Below, piece after piece: positions 44,842-44,865 of a stretch of 44,865 nucleotides of DNA. The DNA lies in NCBI GenBank assembly GCA_031404095.1, contig JANNGY010000289.1, positions 1 to 44,865 of the forward strand. Reading direction: 5' to 3'. A model generated the notes under the pieces. That model had not been told where the DNA came from and made no database searches. It saw only the letters and a list, made by a program, of their open reading frames with translations. The DNA is from Betaproteobacteria bacterium. Lineage in GTDB: Bacteria; Pseudomonadota; Gammaproteobacteria; Burkholderiales; Usitatibacteraceae. Position numbers and translations under genes: made by a program. Numbering within the stretch: position 1 is the first letter of the stretch; each line of letters opens with the position of its first letter.

Positions 44842-44865
44842 TTGGCGGTCCTTTCTTGGGGGGTA

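Overview
This is a 44.9-kb GC-rich chromosomal window. Its gene content and synteny look like a sulfur-oxidising betaproteobacterium, but that is inference only because no search was possible.

Layout from left to right:
1. Two REP-like hairpin repeats, then part of a sox locus: soxZ, a periplasmic DsrE-like gene, monoheme soxA and soxX, then a terminator, then a GlcG/HbpS-like gene, soxB, an MBL-fold (SoxH-like) hydrolase and a thioredoxin-like gene. A convergent small cytochrome c follows.
2. tRNA-Asn(GTT).
3. A block of about 5 kb with stress or dormancy flavour. After a small + strand winged-helix gene, all genes are on the minus strand: yqjK/yqjE/yqjD-like genes, a tandem Usp, a phasin-like gene, a DksA/TraR zinc finger, a CBS pair and a Pcm paralogue. 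Three FNR/CRP-type dyads lie in its intergenic regions.
4. A 655-nt ORF-poor region, then a compact five-gene cassette: a glutamine-dependent AsnB-like amidotransferase, an ANL adenylating ligase, a free-standing carrier protein, a NadE-like PP-loop enzyme and a GNAT/FemAB-like protein. It has no transporter, glycosyltransferase, exosortase, NRPS/PKS or regulator around it. This is the best candidate for an undescribed system.
5. Housekeeping genes: uvrB, LMW-PTP, MarC, an HCCA-isomerase-like DsbA protein, rne with a long leader, rluC, HAD, Rieske, sppA, a PAS-GGDEF-EAL gene broken by a 1-nt frameshift in a G4 run, an RsmI-like methylase, maf, yceD-rpmF-plsX-fabH-fabD-fabG-acpP-fabF, mltG-tmk-holB-pilZ, a LOG-family gene, and a small basic ORF below the track threshold.

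I saw no CRISPR array, transposase, integrase, prophage or recognisable defence genes. All functional calls rest on motifs and remembered family features, not on database searches.
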